DNA of 64,000 nt from an uncultured Hyphomicrobiales bacterium (GTDB taxonomy: Bacteria; Pseudomonadota; Alphaproteobacteria; Rhodospirillales; 2-12-FULL-67-15), in NCBI GenBank assembly GCA_964412955.1, contig CAYPQV010000008.1, forward strand, positions 47,309-111,308. Direction: 5' to 3'. Position numbers and translations under genes: made by a program. The notes beneath the pieces are model-generated. The model searched no databases and was not told where the DNA came from. It worked only from the letters and a program-made list of their open reading frames with translations. The stretch's first letter is position 1. The number at the start of each line of letters is the position of its first letter. Shown here piece by piece: positions 1 to 8,308 of the stretch.

Positions 1-51
1 ACAAGGGTCGGGACCAGAGTAATAACCACCGTTCACAAAGGAGAGATCACC

Positions 52-1230
52 GTGAACATGAAGACCATCCTCAAGACTTCGGTTGCCGCGGCCGCTCTGG
101 TCGCGTTCACCGCGCCGGCGATGGCCACCATCGAAAACGGCAACGCGAAAGTGAAGCTCAAGGTTTACGGCCAAGTCCACAAGGCCATGCTGTGGGGCGA
201 CGACGGCAACAACGACCGCGTGATGGTCGTCGACGGCCAGGTGTCCTCGACCCGTCTCGGCTTCCTCGCCGAAGCTCCGGTCAACGCCGACTTCTCGTTC
301 GGCGCGAACCTGGAAATGGAATGGCGCAGCAACCAGGGCTCGGGCGTTCAGATCAATAACGGCGGCACCGGCGGCGGCACCGCCCAAGACAACGCCGTCG
401 GCACCAACAGCTTCACCGAGCGCAAGGCCGAAGTCACGATGACCCACAAGCGCTTCGGCAAGCTGAGCCTCGGCCAGGGCGACGAAGCCGCTCAGGACGC
501 TTCCGAATACAACCTGAACGGCGCGGCGCTCGCGTCCGGCGTGCTGAGCGCGACCAGCTACCTCACCAATACCGCGCTCTTCAACAAGGCCGGTAATGCC
601 TACCTCACCACCACCCTCGGCGCGGTGTTCGGCAACATCGACGGCGACCGCGACGACCGCGTTCGCTACGACACCCCCTCGATCATGGGCTTCACCGCCA
701 GCGCGAGCTTCACCTCGGGCGGCGGCGGCGCGGCCGGCCTGAAGTACGACGGCAAAGTCGGCCAGTTCAAGATCCTGGGCGCCATTGCCTACAACAACGA
801 CTCGGGCATCAGCACGACCACCGAAGACGAAGTGATCGGCTCGATCTCGGTGCTGCACGACAGCGGCGTGAACGCGTCGTTCGCGTACGGCAACCGGAAC
901 CACAAGCAGCCGACCACCGGCGCGGCCAACACGCCGGATGACGCCAAGTTCATGGGCGGCAGCGTCGGCTACATCGCCAAGCTCTTCGGCGTGGGCCCGA
1001 CGGCGTTCTCGGTGGACTACTACAGGACCGAGAACCTCAACCGCGCGAACACGGCTTCCACCACCACCGAATGGGAAGTCAAGACGATGGGTATCGGCGT
1101 CCAGCAGGACTTCACCGATATCGGCTCGTCGGTGTTCATGACCTACCGGAACTTCGACGTCGATGCCCCGACGGGCACCACGGTTGACGACGTCAACCTG
1201 GTCGTCGCCGGCGTCCGCGTCGTCTTCTAA
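52..1230 (+). CDS. Outer-membrane porin (beta-barrel)
   Basis: 392-aa ORF. AGGAG lies 7 nt upstream of the GTG start. Signal peptide ends ...PAMA|T. Gly/aromatic-rich alternating strand pattern. C-terminal ...VRVVF aromatic residue is typical of OMP sorting signals. Followed by a strong terminator. Confidence 0.8.
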   Translation: MNMKTILKTSVAAAALVAFTAPAMATIENGNAKVKLKVYGQVHKAMLWGDDGNNDRVMVVDGQVSSTRLGFLAEAPVNADFSFGANLEMEWRSNQGSGVQINNGGTGGGTAQDNAVGTNSFTERKAEVTMTHKRFGKLSLGQGDEAAQDASEYNLNGAALASGVLSATSYLTNTALFNKAGNAYLTTTLGAVFGNIDGDRDDRVRYDTPSIMGFTASASFTSGGGGAAGLKYDGKVGQFKILGAIAYNNDSGISTTTEDEVIGSISVLHDSGVNASFAYGNRNHKQPTTGAANTPDDAKFMGGSVGYIAKLFGVGPTAFSVDYYRTENLNRANTASTTTEWEVKTMGIGVQQDFTDIGSSVFMTYRNFDVDAPTGTTVDDVNLVVAGVRVVF

Positions 1231-1264
1231 GTTTCGTACCGCCTGCCCCGCGCGAGCGGGAAAG

Positions 1265-1301
1265 CCGGGGCTCCCGTTCGCGGGGGCCCCGGTTTCTTTT
1301 T
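1265..1301 (+). terminator. Rho-independent terminator of the porin gene
   Basis: 12-bp GC-rich stem (CCGGGGCTCCCG / CGGGGGCCCCGG, one G-U pair) closed by a TTCG tetraloop, followed by TTTCTTTTT. Confidence 0.8.
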
Positions 1302-1391
1302 GGGGTCCCCGCAATCATTTCAATTCGCGCGCCGCGCGCGCGAGGAGCCCCGGTTTCTTTTTGGGGGTCTCCCTGCAACCGTTTCGATTAG

Positions 1392-1428
1392 CCCCTCTCC
1401 CCTTGCGGGAGAGGGGTTTGGGGTGAGG
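1392..1428. repeat. GC-rich hairpin repeat, left flank of DUF559 ORF
   Basis: CCCCTCTCCC-cttgc-GGGAGAGGGG (10-bp stem) followed by TTTGGGGTGAGG. Related copies at 1781-1846 and 48265-48356. Confidence 0.75.
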
Positions 1429-1450
1429 CGCACCCACGATAAGATGCCGC

Positions 1451-1855
1451 ATGCCCAACGCCATGGCCCGACGCTTGCGCCGCGACGCCACGGAAGCCGA
1501 AAAAGTCTTGTGGCAGGTTTTGCGCAACCGCTCCCTCGGCGACGCCAAGTTCAGGCGCCAAGTCCCGATCGGGCGCTATATCGTGGACTTCGCCTGTTTG
1601 GAACGGAGGTTGGTCATCGAAGCGGACGGCGGTCAACACGCCGCTTCGGAGAATGACGCCGAACGGACGAATTGGTTGGAATCCCGACGCTTCCGGGTGC
1701 TGCGCTTCTGGAACCACGACATCCTCGAAAATCCGGAAGGAATCGCCGCGGTCATTTTGGAAGCGCTAGCCGAACCGCAGCCCACACCCCCCTCACCCTC
1801 CCGCTCGCGCGGGGCCCTCCCTCTCCCCGCGAAAGCGGGGAGAGGGCCTGGGTAA
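1451..1855 (+). CDS. DUF559 domain endonuclease-like protein (Vsr/restriction-endonuclease-like fold)
   Basis: 134-aa ORF with the characteristic ...AR.LRR..T.AE..LW..LRNR......FRRQ..IG.YIVDF.C...RLVIE.DG.QH......D..R...L...G..VLRFWN.D... pattern. The C-terminal ~25 aa are translated through the flanking repeat. Confidence 0.75.
   Translation: MPNAMARRLRRDATEAEKVLWQVLRNRSLGDAKFRRQVPIGRYIVDFACLERRLVIEADGGQHAASENDAERTNWLESRRFRVLRFWNHDILENPEGIAAVILEALAEPQPTPPSPSRSRGALPLPAKAGRGPG
1781..1846. repeat. GC-rich hairpin repeat, right flank of DUF559 ORF (inverted relative to the left flank)
   Basis: CCCACACCCCCCTCACCC motif followed by a 12-bp-stem hairpin CCCTCTCCCCGC-gaaa-GCGGGGAGAGGG (1819-1846). 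CCTCACCC is the complement of the GGGTGAGG in the left flank. Confidence 0.75.
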
Positions 1856-1869
1856 GAACCACTTTTCCC

Positions 1870-3972
1870 ATGAGCCGGGGCATCGAACGCATAACCGCCA
1901 AGGACGCCGAGCGCCTGTTCGGCGAGACGATCGCCCTGCACCGCCGGGGCGACCATGCCGGGGCCGAGAAGCGGCTGAACCGCCTCAAGGTCGCGTTTCC
2001 CGATCATCCGGACGTAAACCACCTATTGGGCGTCGTGCGCCTTGCGCTTGATCGCCCCAAGGACGCGCTCGAACCCTTGCGCGTCGCGCAAATGCTGGCC
2101 GAGCGCATGCGGCCCGAAATACTTCCCGGCGTGCTCACCGCGCTCGGCAGCGCCGAGCGGCGGGCGGGCGAGCCGGCGAACGCCGCCCGGACCCTGGAAC
2201 GGGCCGTCCGCCTCGCCCCCGGCGACGCCGACGCGCTGTTTAACCTGGGTAATGCGCTGATGGACCTGAATCGCTTTCATGCCGCGTGCGAACGGTTTGA
2301 CGCGGCCCATGCGCTGGCCCCCGACCAGGCCGATATCCTCGATGCGCTCGGCCAATCCCTCGTCCGGATCGGCAGGTCGGGCGAGGCGCGGCTCGCCCTG
2401 GAACGGGCGACGGCGATCGATCCGAAACTTCCCAAGGCTCATTGCGCGCTCGCCGCGATCTATCTTTTCGCCGGCGATTTCGCGGCCGCCCGCCGGGCCG
2501 CACAAACGGCGCTTGACCTCGATCCCGACATGGCCGAGGCGCACGCCAATCGGGCGGCGATCCTGCTTTCGGGCGGCGACGCGGACGGCGCGATCGCCGC
2601 GACCCGGCGCGCGATCGCCTTGTACGAGAAGCGGGAACGCGGCGCGCGCGGGCAAGAGGCGCTTGCGCAAGATCCGCGGGCGACGGCCCATTCCAACCTG
2701 ATTTTTCAGATGCTGTATTCGCCGCGCTGTTCGGCGGCGGATATTCTCGCCGAGGCGCGGGCATGGAACGCCGTCCACGCCAAGTCCCGCGAGTCGCAGG
2801 AGTCTTCGCCCGCCACGCCCGATAAACAATCGCCCGGCAAACAATTGAACGTCGGCTATCTCGGCGGAGATTTCAAAACCCATCCCGTCGGCTGGTTCAC
2901 GCTCGCCTTGTTCGCCGCCCACGACCGGACCCAAGTCCGATCGTTCGTCTATATGACCGCGCCCCAGGCCGGCCCGGCCCCCGACCCGGTTTCGGAAAAA
3001 ATCCGCGGCTCGGCCGATCATTGGCGCGACGCGTCCGATTGGGACGACGTCCGGCTGGTCGAGGCGATCCGCGCCGACGGCATCGATATCCTGGTCGATA
3101 TCGCCGGGCACACGGCCCACAACCGCTTGCGGGCGATGGGGATGCGGCCCGCGCCGGTGCAGGCGACCGGCTTCGGCGTCACCGGCACTACCGGGGTGGA
3201 CGCGGTCGATTATCTGATCGCCGACCGGGTCGAGATTCCACCCGGTCATGAGCGGTTCTACAGCGAAAATATCGTCCGCATGCCCGGAGACAACGTCTGC
3301 TACGCGTCTCCCGAACAGGCCCCCGCCGTCGCGCCGCCCCCTTTTCGGACCAACGGCTATGTCACCTTCGGCAGCTTCAACGCCATCGCCAAGGCGTCCG
3401 ATCGGGCGGTCGCGCTATGGGCGCGCGTGCTGAAGGCGGTGCCGGATTCGCGCCTGTTGCTCAAGTCCTTCGCCTTCAAGGACGATGAGATTCGCGCGCG
3501 TTATCGGGATATGTTCGGGCAAAACGACGTCGGCGCCGGCCGCCTGATCCTCGAAGGTCCCTCGCCGCACGCGGAACTGCTCGCCGCCTACGGCCGGGTC
3601 GACATCGCCCTCGATCCGATTCCTTATTCGGGCGGGCTCACCACCCTGGAATCGCTCTGGATGGGCGTGCCGGTGGTGACGCTGCCCGGGGAGACCTTCG
3701 CCTCGCGCCATTCGGCGTCGCATGTGTCGAACGCGGGCCTCCCGGAACTGGTTGCCCGCGACGCGGACGACTACGTCGCGATCGCGTCCCGCCTCGCCGC
3801 CGACCGCGACCGTCTCGCGGCCTTGCGCGCGTCCCTGCGCGCCCGCCTCGCGGCCTCGCCGGTGTGCGACGGGGCGCGCTACGCCTGGAGCCTGGAAGCC
3901 GCGTTCCGCGAAATGTGGCGGCGATGGTGCGCGGGCGAACGCCCAAGCGCAATAGACATACCGCCGTCGTGA
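1870..3972 (+). CDS. TPR-repeat protein fused to a GT41-type (O-GlcNAc transferase / SPINDLY-like) glycosyltransferase domain
   Basis: ATG at 1870 (MSRGIERI...). The track ORF begins at 1672, but that part overlaps the DUF559 gene and its repeat. The N-terminal ~300 aa contain multiple TPR-like A/L/N/P-patterned helices. The C-terminal half shows a GT41-like pattern (GYLGGDF..HPVG, DILVD..GHT..NRL, TFGSFN...K, PY.GGTTT.E.LWMGVPV.T). Confidence 0.75.
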   Translation: MSRGIERITAKDAERLFGETIALHRRGDHAGAEKRLNRLKVAFPDHPDVNHLLGVVRLALDRPKDALEPLRVAQMLAERMRPEILPGVLTALGSAERRAGEPANAARTLERAVRLAPGDADALFNLGNALMDLNRFHAACERFDAAHALAPDQADILDALGQSLVRIGRSGEARLALERATAIDPKLPKAHCALAAIYLFAGDFAAARRAAQTALDLDPDMAEAHANRAAILLSGGDADGAIAATRRAIALYEKRERGARGQEALAQDPRATAHSNLIFQMLYSPRCSAADILAEARAWNAVHAKSRESQESSPATPDKQSPGKQLNVGYLGGDFKTHPVGWFTLALFAAHDRTQVRSFVYMTAPQAGPAPDPVSEKIRGSADHWRDASDWDDVRLVEAIRADGIDILVDIAGHTAHNRLRAMGMRPAPVQATGFGVTGTTGVDAVDYLIADRVEIPPGHERFYSENIVRMPGDNVCYASPEQAPAVAPPPFRTNGYVTFGSFNAIAKASDRAVALWARVLKAVPDSRLLLKSFAFKDDEIRARYRDMFGQNDVGAGRLILEGPSPHAELLAAYGRVDIALDPIPYSGGLTTLESLWMGVPVVTLPGETFASRHSASHVSNAGLPELVARDADDYVAIASRLAADRDRLAALRASLRARLAASPVCDGARYAWSLEAAFREMWRRWCAGERPSAIDIPPS

Positions 3973-4065
3973 CGCGACGGCGGGGGGGGCGAGGAGCCGC
4001 GATCTTTTGATGTGCCGCCCCCATGATGTGAGGCCGGAATCGCGGGCGGATCGTGCTCTTGCGCG

Positions 4066-5889
4066 CTATTCCACCGTCACGCTCTTGGCCAGGTTGCGCG
4101 GCTTGTCGACGTCGGTCCCCTTCATCACCGCCACGTGGTAGGCGAGCAGCTGCACCGGAATCGCGTAGAGGATCGGCTGCACGAACGGATCGACTTCGGG
4201 CAGCACCACGGTCTTCCTCGCGATGCGTTCGAGCTTGGCGGCGCCCCGGGCGTCGGAGAGGAAAATCACCCAGCCTCCGCGCGCGGTCGCTTCCTCCAGG
4301 TTGGAGGCGGTCTTGGCGAAGAGCCCATCCGAGGGCGCGATCGCGATCACCGGCACGTCGCGGTCGATGAGCGCGATCGGCCCGTGCTTCATCTCGCCCG
4401 CGGCGTAGCCTTCGGCGTGGATGTAGGAAATCTCTTTCAGCTTGAGCGCGCCTTCGAGGGCGATCGGATAGCTGGTCCCGCGCCCGAGATAAAGGGCGTC
4501 GCGCGCCTTGGCCACGTCGGCGGCGATGGCCTTGAGCGCCTCGTCGTGCTTCAGGACCTCGGCCGCGCGCGCCGGCACCTCGGTCAGCGCGCCGGCGAGC
4601 CGGGCGGCCTCCTCCGGCGTCAGCGCGCCGCGCGCCCGGCCCGCGGCGAGCGCGAGGCAGGCGAGCACCGCGAGCTGGGTGGTGAACGCCTTGGTCGAGG
4701 CGACGCCGATTTCCGGCCCGGCGTTGGTGTGCAGCACCGCGTCGGCCTCGCGCGCCATGGTGCTTTCCGGCACGTTGACCACGGCGATGGTCCGCTGCCC
4801 CCGGGCCTTGGCGTGGCGGAGCGCCGCGAGCGTGTCCGCGGTCTCGCCCGACTGCGAGACGAACAGCGCGATGCCGCCCGGAACCAGCGCGGGTTCGCGA
4901 TAGCGGAACTCGGAGGCGATGTCGGTTTCGGCGGGGATCTTGGCGAAGCGTTCCAGCCAGTAGCGCGCAACCATGCAGGCGTGGTGCGAGGTGCCGCACG
5001 CCACCAGCGCGATGCGCGAGGCGCGCGCGAAATCGATCGGCAGATCGGGCAGCGTCACCGCGCGGGTCGCCGGGGCGATGAAAGAGGCGAGCGTGTCGCC
5101 GATCACCTGCGGCTGCTCGTAAATCTCCTTCAGCATGTAATGGGGGAAATTGCCCTTGCCGACCTGGGCGCCGCCGAGCGCGGTCTCGCGCACCGGCCGC
5201 GTCGCGGGACGGCCGTCGGCGTCGTACACCTCGGCCCCGTCGCCGCGCACCAGGGCGAAGTCGCCGTCCTCCAGATAGAGGATTTTCCGGGTCAGCGGCG
5301 CGAGCGCGAGCGCGTCCGAGCCGATGTAGGTCTCGCCGTCGCCGAACCCGAGGGCGAGCGGGCTTCCCCGCCGCGCGGCGGCGAGCAGGCCGGACCGGCC
5401 GGCGAAGGCGATCGCGAGCGCGAACGCCCCTTCCAGGCGGGCGAGCGTCTCGCGCACCGCCTCCGGCGGCGCGGCGCCCCGCTCCAGGTGCCGGGTGAGC
5501 AGATGGACGATCACCTCCGAATCGGTCTCGGAGGCGAACACGCGGCCCTCGGCGGCCAGTTCGTCGCGCAGTTCGCGGTAATTCTCGATGATGCCGTTGT
5601 GGACCACTGCGGCGCGGTCGGTGGCATGGGGGTGCGCGTTGCGCTCGTTGGGGACCCCGTGGGTCGCCCAGCGGGTATGGCCGATGCCGGTGGTGCCGGC
5701 CAGCGGCCTGGCTCGGAGCAGGGATTCGAGGTTGGCGATCTTGCCTTCGGCGCGGCGGCGATCGATCGTTCCGTCGGTCACGGTGGCGATGCCGGCCGAA
5801 TCGTAGCCCCGGTATTCGAGTCGCTTCAGCCCCTCCAGCAGCAGGGGCGCGACCGGGCCCTTGCCGACGATGCCGACGATGCCGCACAT
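4066..5889 (-). CDS. glmS: Glutamine--fructose-6-phosphate aminotransferase (isomerising)
   Basis: 607 aa. MCGIVG N-terminal nucleophile start, two SIS domains, canonical C-terminal ...NLAKSVTVE. Confidence 0.97.
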   Translation of the reverse strand: MCGIVGIVGKGPVAPLLLEGLKRLEYRGYDSAGIATVTDGTIDRRRAEGKIANLESLLRARPLAGTTGIGHTRWATHGVPNERNAHPHATDRAAVVHNGIIENYRELRDELAAEGRVFASETDSEVIVHLLTRHLERGAAPPEAVRETLARLEGAFALAIAFAGRSGLLAAARRGSPLALGFGDGETYIGSDALALAPLTRKILYLEDGDFALVRGDGAEVYDADGRPATRPVRETALGGAQVGKGNFPHYMLKEIYEQPQVIGDTLASFIAPATRAVTLPDLPIDFARASRIALVACGTSHHACMVARYWLERFAKIPAETDIASEFRYREPALVPGGIALFVSQSGETADTLAALRHAKARGQRTIAVVNVPESTMAREADAVLHTNAGPEIGVASTKAFTTQLAVLACLALAAGRARGALTPEEAARLAGALTEVPARAAEVLKHDEALKAIAADVAKARDALYLGRGTSYPIALEGALKLKEISYIHAEGYAAGEMKHGPIALIDRDVPVIAIAPSDGLFAKTASNLEEATARGGWVIFLSDARGAAKLERIARKTVVLPEVDPFVQPILYAIPVQLLAYHVAVMKGTDVDKPRNLAKSVTVE

Positions 5890-5892
5890 GCC

Positions 5893-7269
5893 CTAGCGCG
5901 CCTTCTTCGTCGCGCGGATGCGCGCCGACCGGCGCGACGCTTTGGCGCGGCGGCGGGTCCAGTCCCTGATCTCCCGCTGCTCGGCGCGGGTGACGGCGAG
6001 CGCGTCGGCGGCGACGTCCTTGGCGATGGTGCTGCCCGCGCCAACAACCGCGCGGTCGCCGATCCTGACCGGCGCGACCAGGGCCGTGTTCGAGCCGATG
6101 AAGGCGCCTTCCCCGATCTCGGTCGTGTGCTTGGCGAAGCCGTCGTAGTTGCAGGTGATGGTGCCGGCGCCGATGTTGGCGCGCGCGCCGACGCGCGCGT
6201 CGCCGACGTAGGCGAGGTGGTTGGCCTTGGCGCCCGCGTCGAAAACCGCGTTCTTGATCTCGACGAAGTTGCCGACGTGGGCGCCCGCGCCGAGGCGCGC
6301 GCCGGGGCGCAGGCGGGCGAACGGCCCGACGATCGCCCCCTTCGCGATGGTCGCGCCCTGGATGTGGCAGAACCCGCGAATTTCGACCTCGTCGCCGACC
6401 GTGACGCCCGGGCCGAACACCACGTTGGGGCCGACCGTGACGTCGCGCCCGAGCCGGGTGTCGAAGCTGAACCAGACGGTTTCGGGATCGGCGAGCGTCG
6501 CGCCTTCGGCCATGGCGCGGGCGCGCAAGCTCCGCTGGATCGCTTGCTCGGCGGCCGCCAGATCGGCGCGCGAATTCACGCCCATGACCTCGGCCTCGTC
6601 CGCCTCGACCACCGCGCAGCTCCGGCCGCGCGCGCGCGCCAGCGCGACCGCGTCGGTGAGATAGTATTCGCCCTTGGCGTTGGCGTTCCCGACGCGCGCG
6701 AGGAGATCGAACAACGCCGCGCCGTCGAAGGCCATGGCGCCGGCGTTGCAGAGCGGTATGCGCCGCTCCGCCGCGCTCGCGTCGCGCGCCTCGACGATCC
6801 GTTCCAGCCCGCCTTTCGGCCCGACCACCAGGCGGCCGTACTGGGCGGGATCGGCGGGCCGAAAGCCGAGCACCACCACCGCCGGCTTGGACGGACCCCG
6901 CAGTTTGGCGAGCATGGCCTTGAGGGTCGCGGGACGAATCAAGGGCGTGTCGCCGTAGAGCACCAGCACGGCGCTTCCCGGTCCGGCCGATCCGGCGAGC
7001 GCCTTCTTCGCGGCCAGCACCGCGTGCGCGGTGCCGAGCTTGGGATGCTGAACCGCGACCGGGTGCGGGCGGACGGCTTCGGCCACCTCCTCCATGCCCC
7101 GGCCGACCACGGCGACGATCCGGTCGGGCTTCAGGCCCTCGGCGCTCGCCAGCACGTGCGCGATCATCGCCCGTCCCGCGAGCGGGTGCAGGACCTTGGC
7201 GCGCGCCGATTTCATGCGCGTTCCCGCCCCGGCGGCGAGGACAAGAACGGCGATTTTTCGCTTGGTCAT
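5893..7269 (-). CDS. glmU: Bifunctional UDP-N-acetylglucosamine diphosphorylase / glucosamine-1-phosphate N-acetyltransferase
   Basis: 458 aa. LAAG.GTRMKS nucleotidyltransferase motif and C-terminal left-handed beta-helix hexapeptide repeats. Lies 3 nt upstream of glmS. Confidence 0.95.
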   Translation of the reverse strand: MTKRKIAVLVLAAGAGTRMKSARAKVLHPLAGRAMIAHVLASAEGLKPDRIVAVVGRGMEEVAEAVRPHPVAVQHPKLGTAHAVLAAKKALAGSAGPGSAVLVLYGDTPLIRPATLKAMLAKLRGPSKPAVVVLGFRPADPAQYGRLVVGPKGGLERIVEARDASAAERRIPLCNAGAMAFDGAALFDLLARVGNANAKGEYYLTDAVALARARGRSCAVVEADEAEVMGVNSRADLAAAEQAIQRSLRARAMAEGATLADPETVWFSFDTRLGRDVTVGPNVVFGPGVTVGDEVEIRGFCHIQGATIAKGAIVGPFARLRPGARLGAGAHVGNFVEIKNAVFDAGAKANHLAYVGDARVGARANIGAGTITCNYDGFAKHTTEIGEGAFIGSNTALVAPVRIGDRAVVGAGSTIAKDVAADALAVTRAEQREIRDWTRRRAKASRRSARIRATKKAR

Positions 7270-7375
7270 CGGGTCGGGAGGCGCTTAAAAGGATCGCTTC
7301 GGGCAAGGTGCCATAGCCGCCGCGAGCCCGCCAAGTCAAACATTGTTTCCAATTCTTTCAACGGCCTACCCGTCA

Positions 7376-8101
7376 ATGGCGCTTTCCTCGTGTCCCGGCC
7401 TCAAGGCGGTGGTGTTCGATCTCGACGGCACGCTGATCGACAGCGCCCCCGATCTCGCGTCCGCCCTCAACCGCCTGCTTGCCCGGGAAGGTCTGCCCCC
7501 GGTACCGCTCGCGGACGTCCACATGATGATCGGCGACGGCGTCGCCAAGCTGGTCGAGCGCGGCTTCGCGGCCCGCGGCCGGAGTTTAGGCGGAGCCGAG
7601 TTGGAAAATCTCGCCCGGCGTTTCGTTGCCGACTACGAGCCGAATTCGGCGGTCGAAACCCGGCCCTTTCCCGGGGTGTTGGCGGCGCTCGGGGAACTCG
7701 GCGGCGCGGGCCTCGCGCTCGGGGTCTGCACCAACAAGCCGGAGGCCGCGACCCGAGCGATCCTCGCCGCCTTCGGCATGGACGCCCATATTTCGGCGGT
7801 GGTCGGCGGCGACACGGTGCCGGGCGCGCGCAAGCCGGACCCGGCAACGCTGCTGGAAACGCTCCGCCGCCTGGGGGCCGTCCCCGGACAGGCGATCGCG
7901 GTCGGCGACAGCCCCAACGACGTCGGGGCGGCCCGGGCCGCGGGCGTGGCCGTGATCGCGGTCAGTTTCGGCTATTCGCGGGTACCGCCGCACCTCCTCG
8001 GCGCCGACCGGCTGATCGGCCGATTCGCCGATCTGGGAGCCGCCTTGGCCGAGGTTTCCCGCGAACGCCTTGCCTTGACACCCCTGCCGGGGGCCCCTTA
8101 A
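7376..8101 (+). CDS. gph: HAD-family phosphoglycolate phosphatase
   Basis: VVFDLDGTLIDS motif I, ...TNK... motif II, GDS.NDV motif III. The ATG at 7376 is preferred over the TTG at 7343 given in the track. Confidence 0.8.
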   Translation: MALSSCPGLKAVVFDLDGTLIDSAPDLASALNRLLAREGLPPVPLADVHMMIGDGVAKLVERGFAARGRSLGGAELENLARRFVADYEPNSAVETRPFPGVLAALGELGGAGLALGVCTNKPEAATRAILAAFGMDAHISAVVGGDTVPGARKPDPATLLETLRRLGAVPGQAIAVGDSPNDVGAARAAGVAVIAVSFGYSRVPPHLLGADRLIGRFADLGAALAEVSRERLALTPLPGAP

Positions 8102-8126
8102 GGGTTTGGCCCCGGCGGCCATATAA

Positions 8127-8201
8127 GGGCGCGTAGCTCAGCGGGAGAGCACTCCCTTCACACGGGAGGGGTCACAGGTTCAATCCCTGTCGCGCCCACC
8201 A
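8127..8201 (+). tRNA. tRNA-Val (anticodon CAC)
   Basis: Cloverleaf read by hand. Acceptor GGGCGCG/CGCGCCC. D arm GCTCAGCGGGAGAGC. Anticodon stem CTCCC/GGGAG with loop TTCACAC. T arm ACAGG-TTCAATC-CCTGT. Encoded CCA. Confidence 0.9.
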
Positions 8202-8308
8202 TTGTTTTAACGGCTGTGATGCCTGTCACAGCGAAATGGCGCATAATATTCGTAAATATTAACCGTCCGCCGGCCTGTTCTTTCGGGCATCGACGCGACG
8301 AAGGGTAT

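Noticed and set aside
1392-1846. CRISPR-like interpretation of the GC-rich hairpin repeats (also 48265..48356)
   Set aside because: There are only two or three imperfect copies, in inverted orientation, with irregular spacing. One interval is a protein-coding gene, and there are no cas genes. This does not fit a CRISPR array.
1672-1869. N-terminal extensions in the ORF track: 1672 for the OGT-like gene, and similarly 12133..14802, 33657..35324, 49698..50858, 51955..53013, 57800..59671, 37406 and 38902
   Set aside because: In each case the homologous protein begins at an internal ATG/GTG/TTG that is in frame, often with an SD or a start/stop overlap with the upstream gene. The upstream part is Arg/Gly-rich and overlaps a neighbouring gene or repeat.
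5889-5893. glmS ribozyme / riboswitch upstream of glmS
   Set aside because: glmS starts 3 nt after the glmU stop, so there is no leader. The ribozyme is also characteristic of Gram-positive lineages.
3638-8136. Very long ORFs 3638..7339 (-, 1233 aa) and 4135..8136 (+, 1333 aa) spanning glmS/glmU/gph
   Set aside because: Their translations are monotonous Arg/Gly/Pro/Ala strings with no motifs. They lie out of frame or antisense to unambiguous glmS, glmU and gph genes. This is the classic stop-codon-poor shadow ORF of high-GC DNA.
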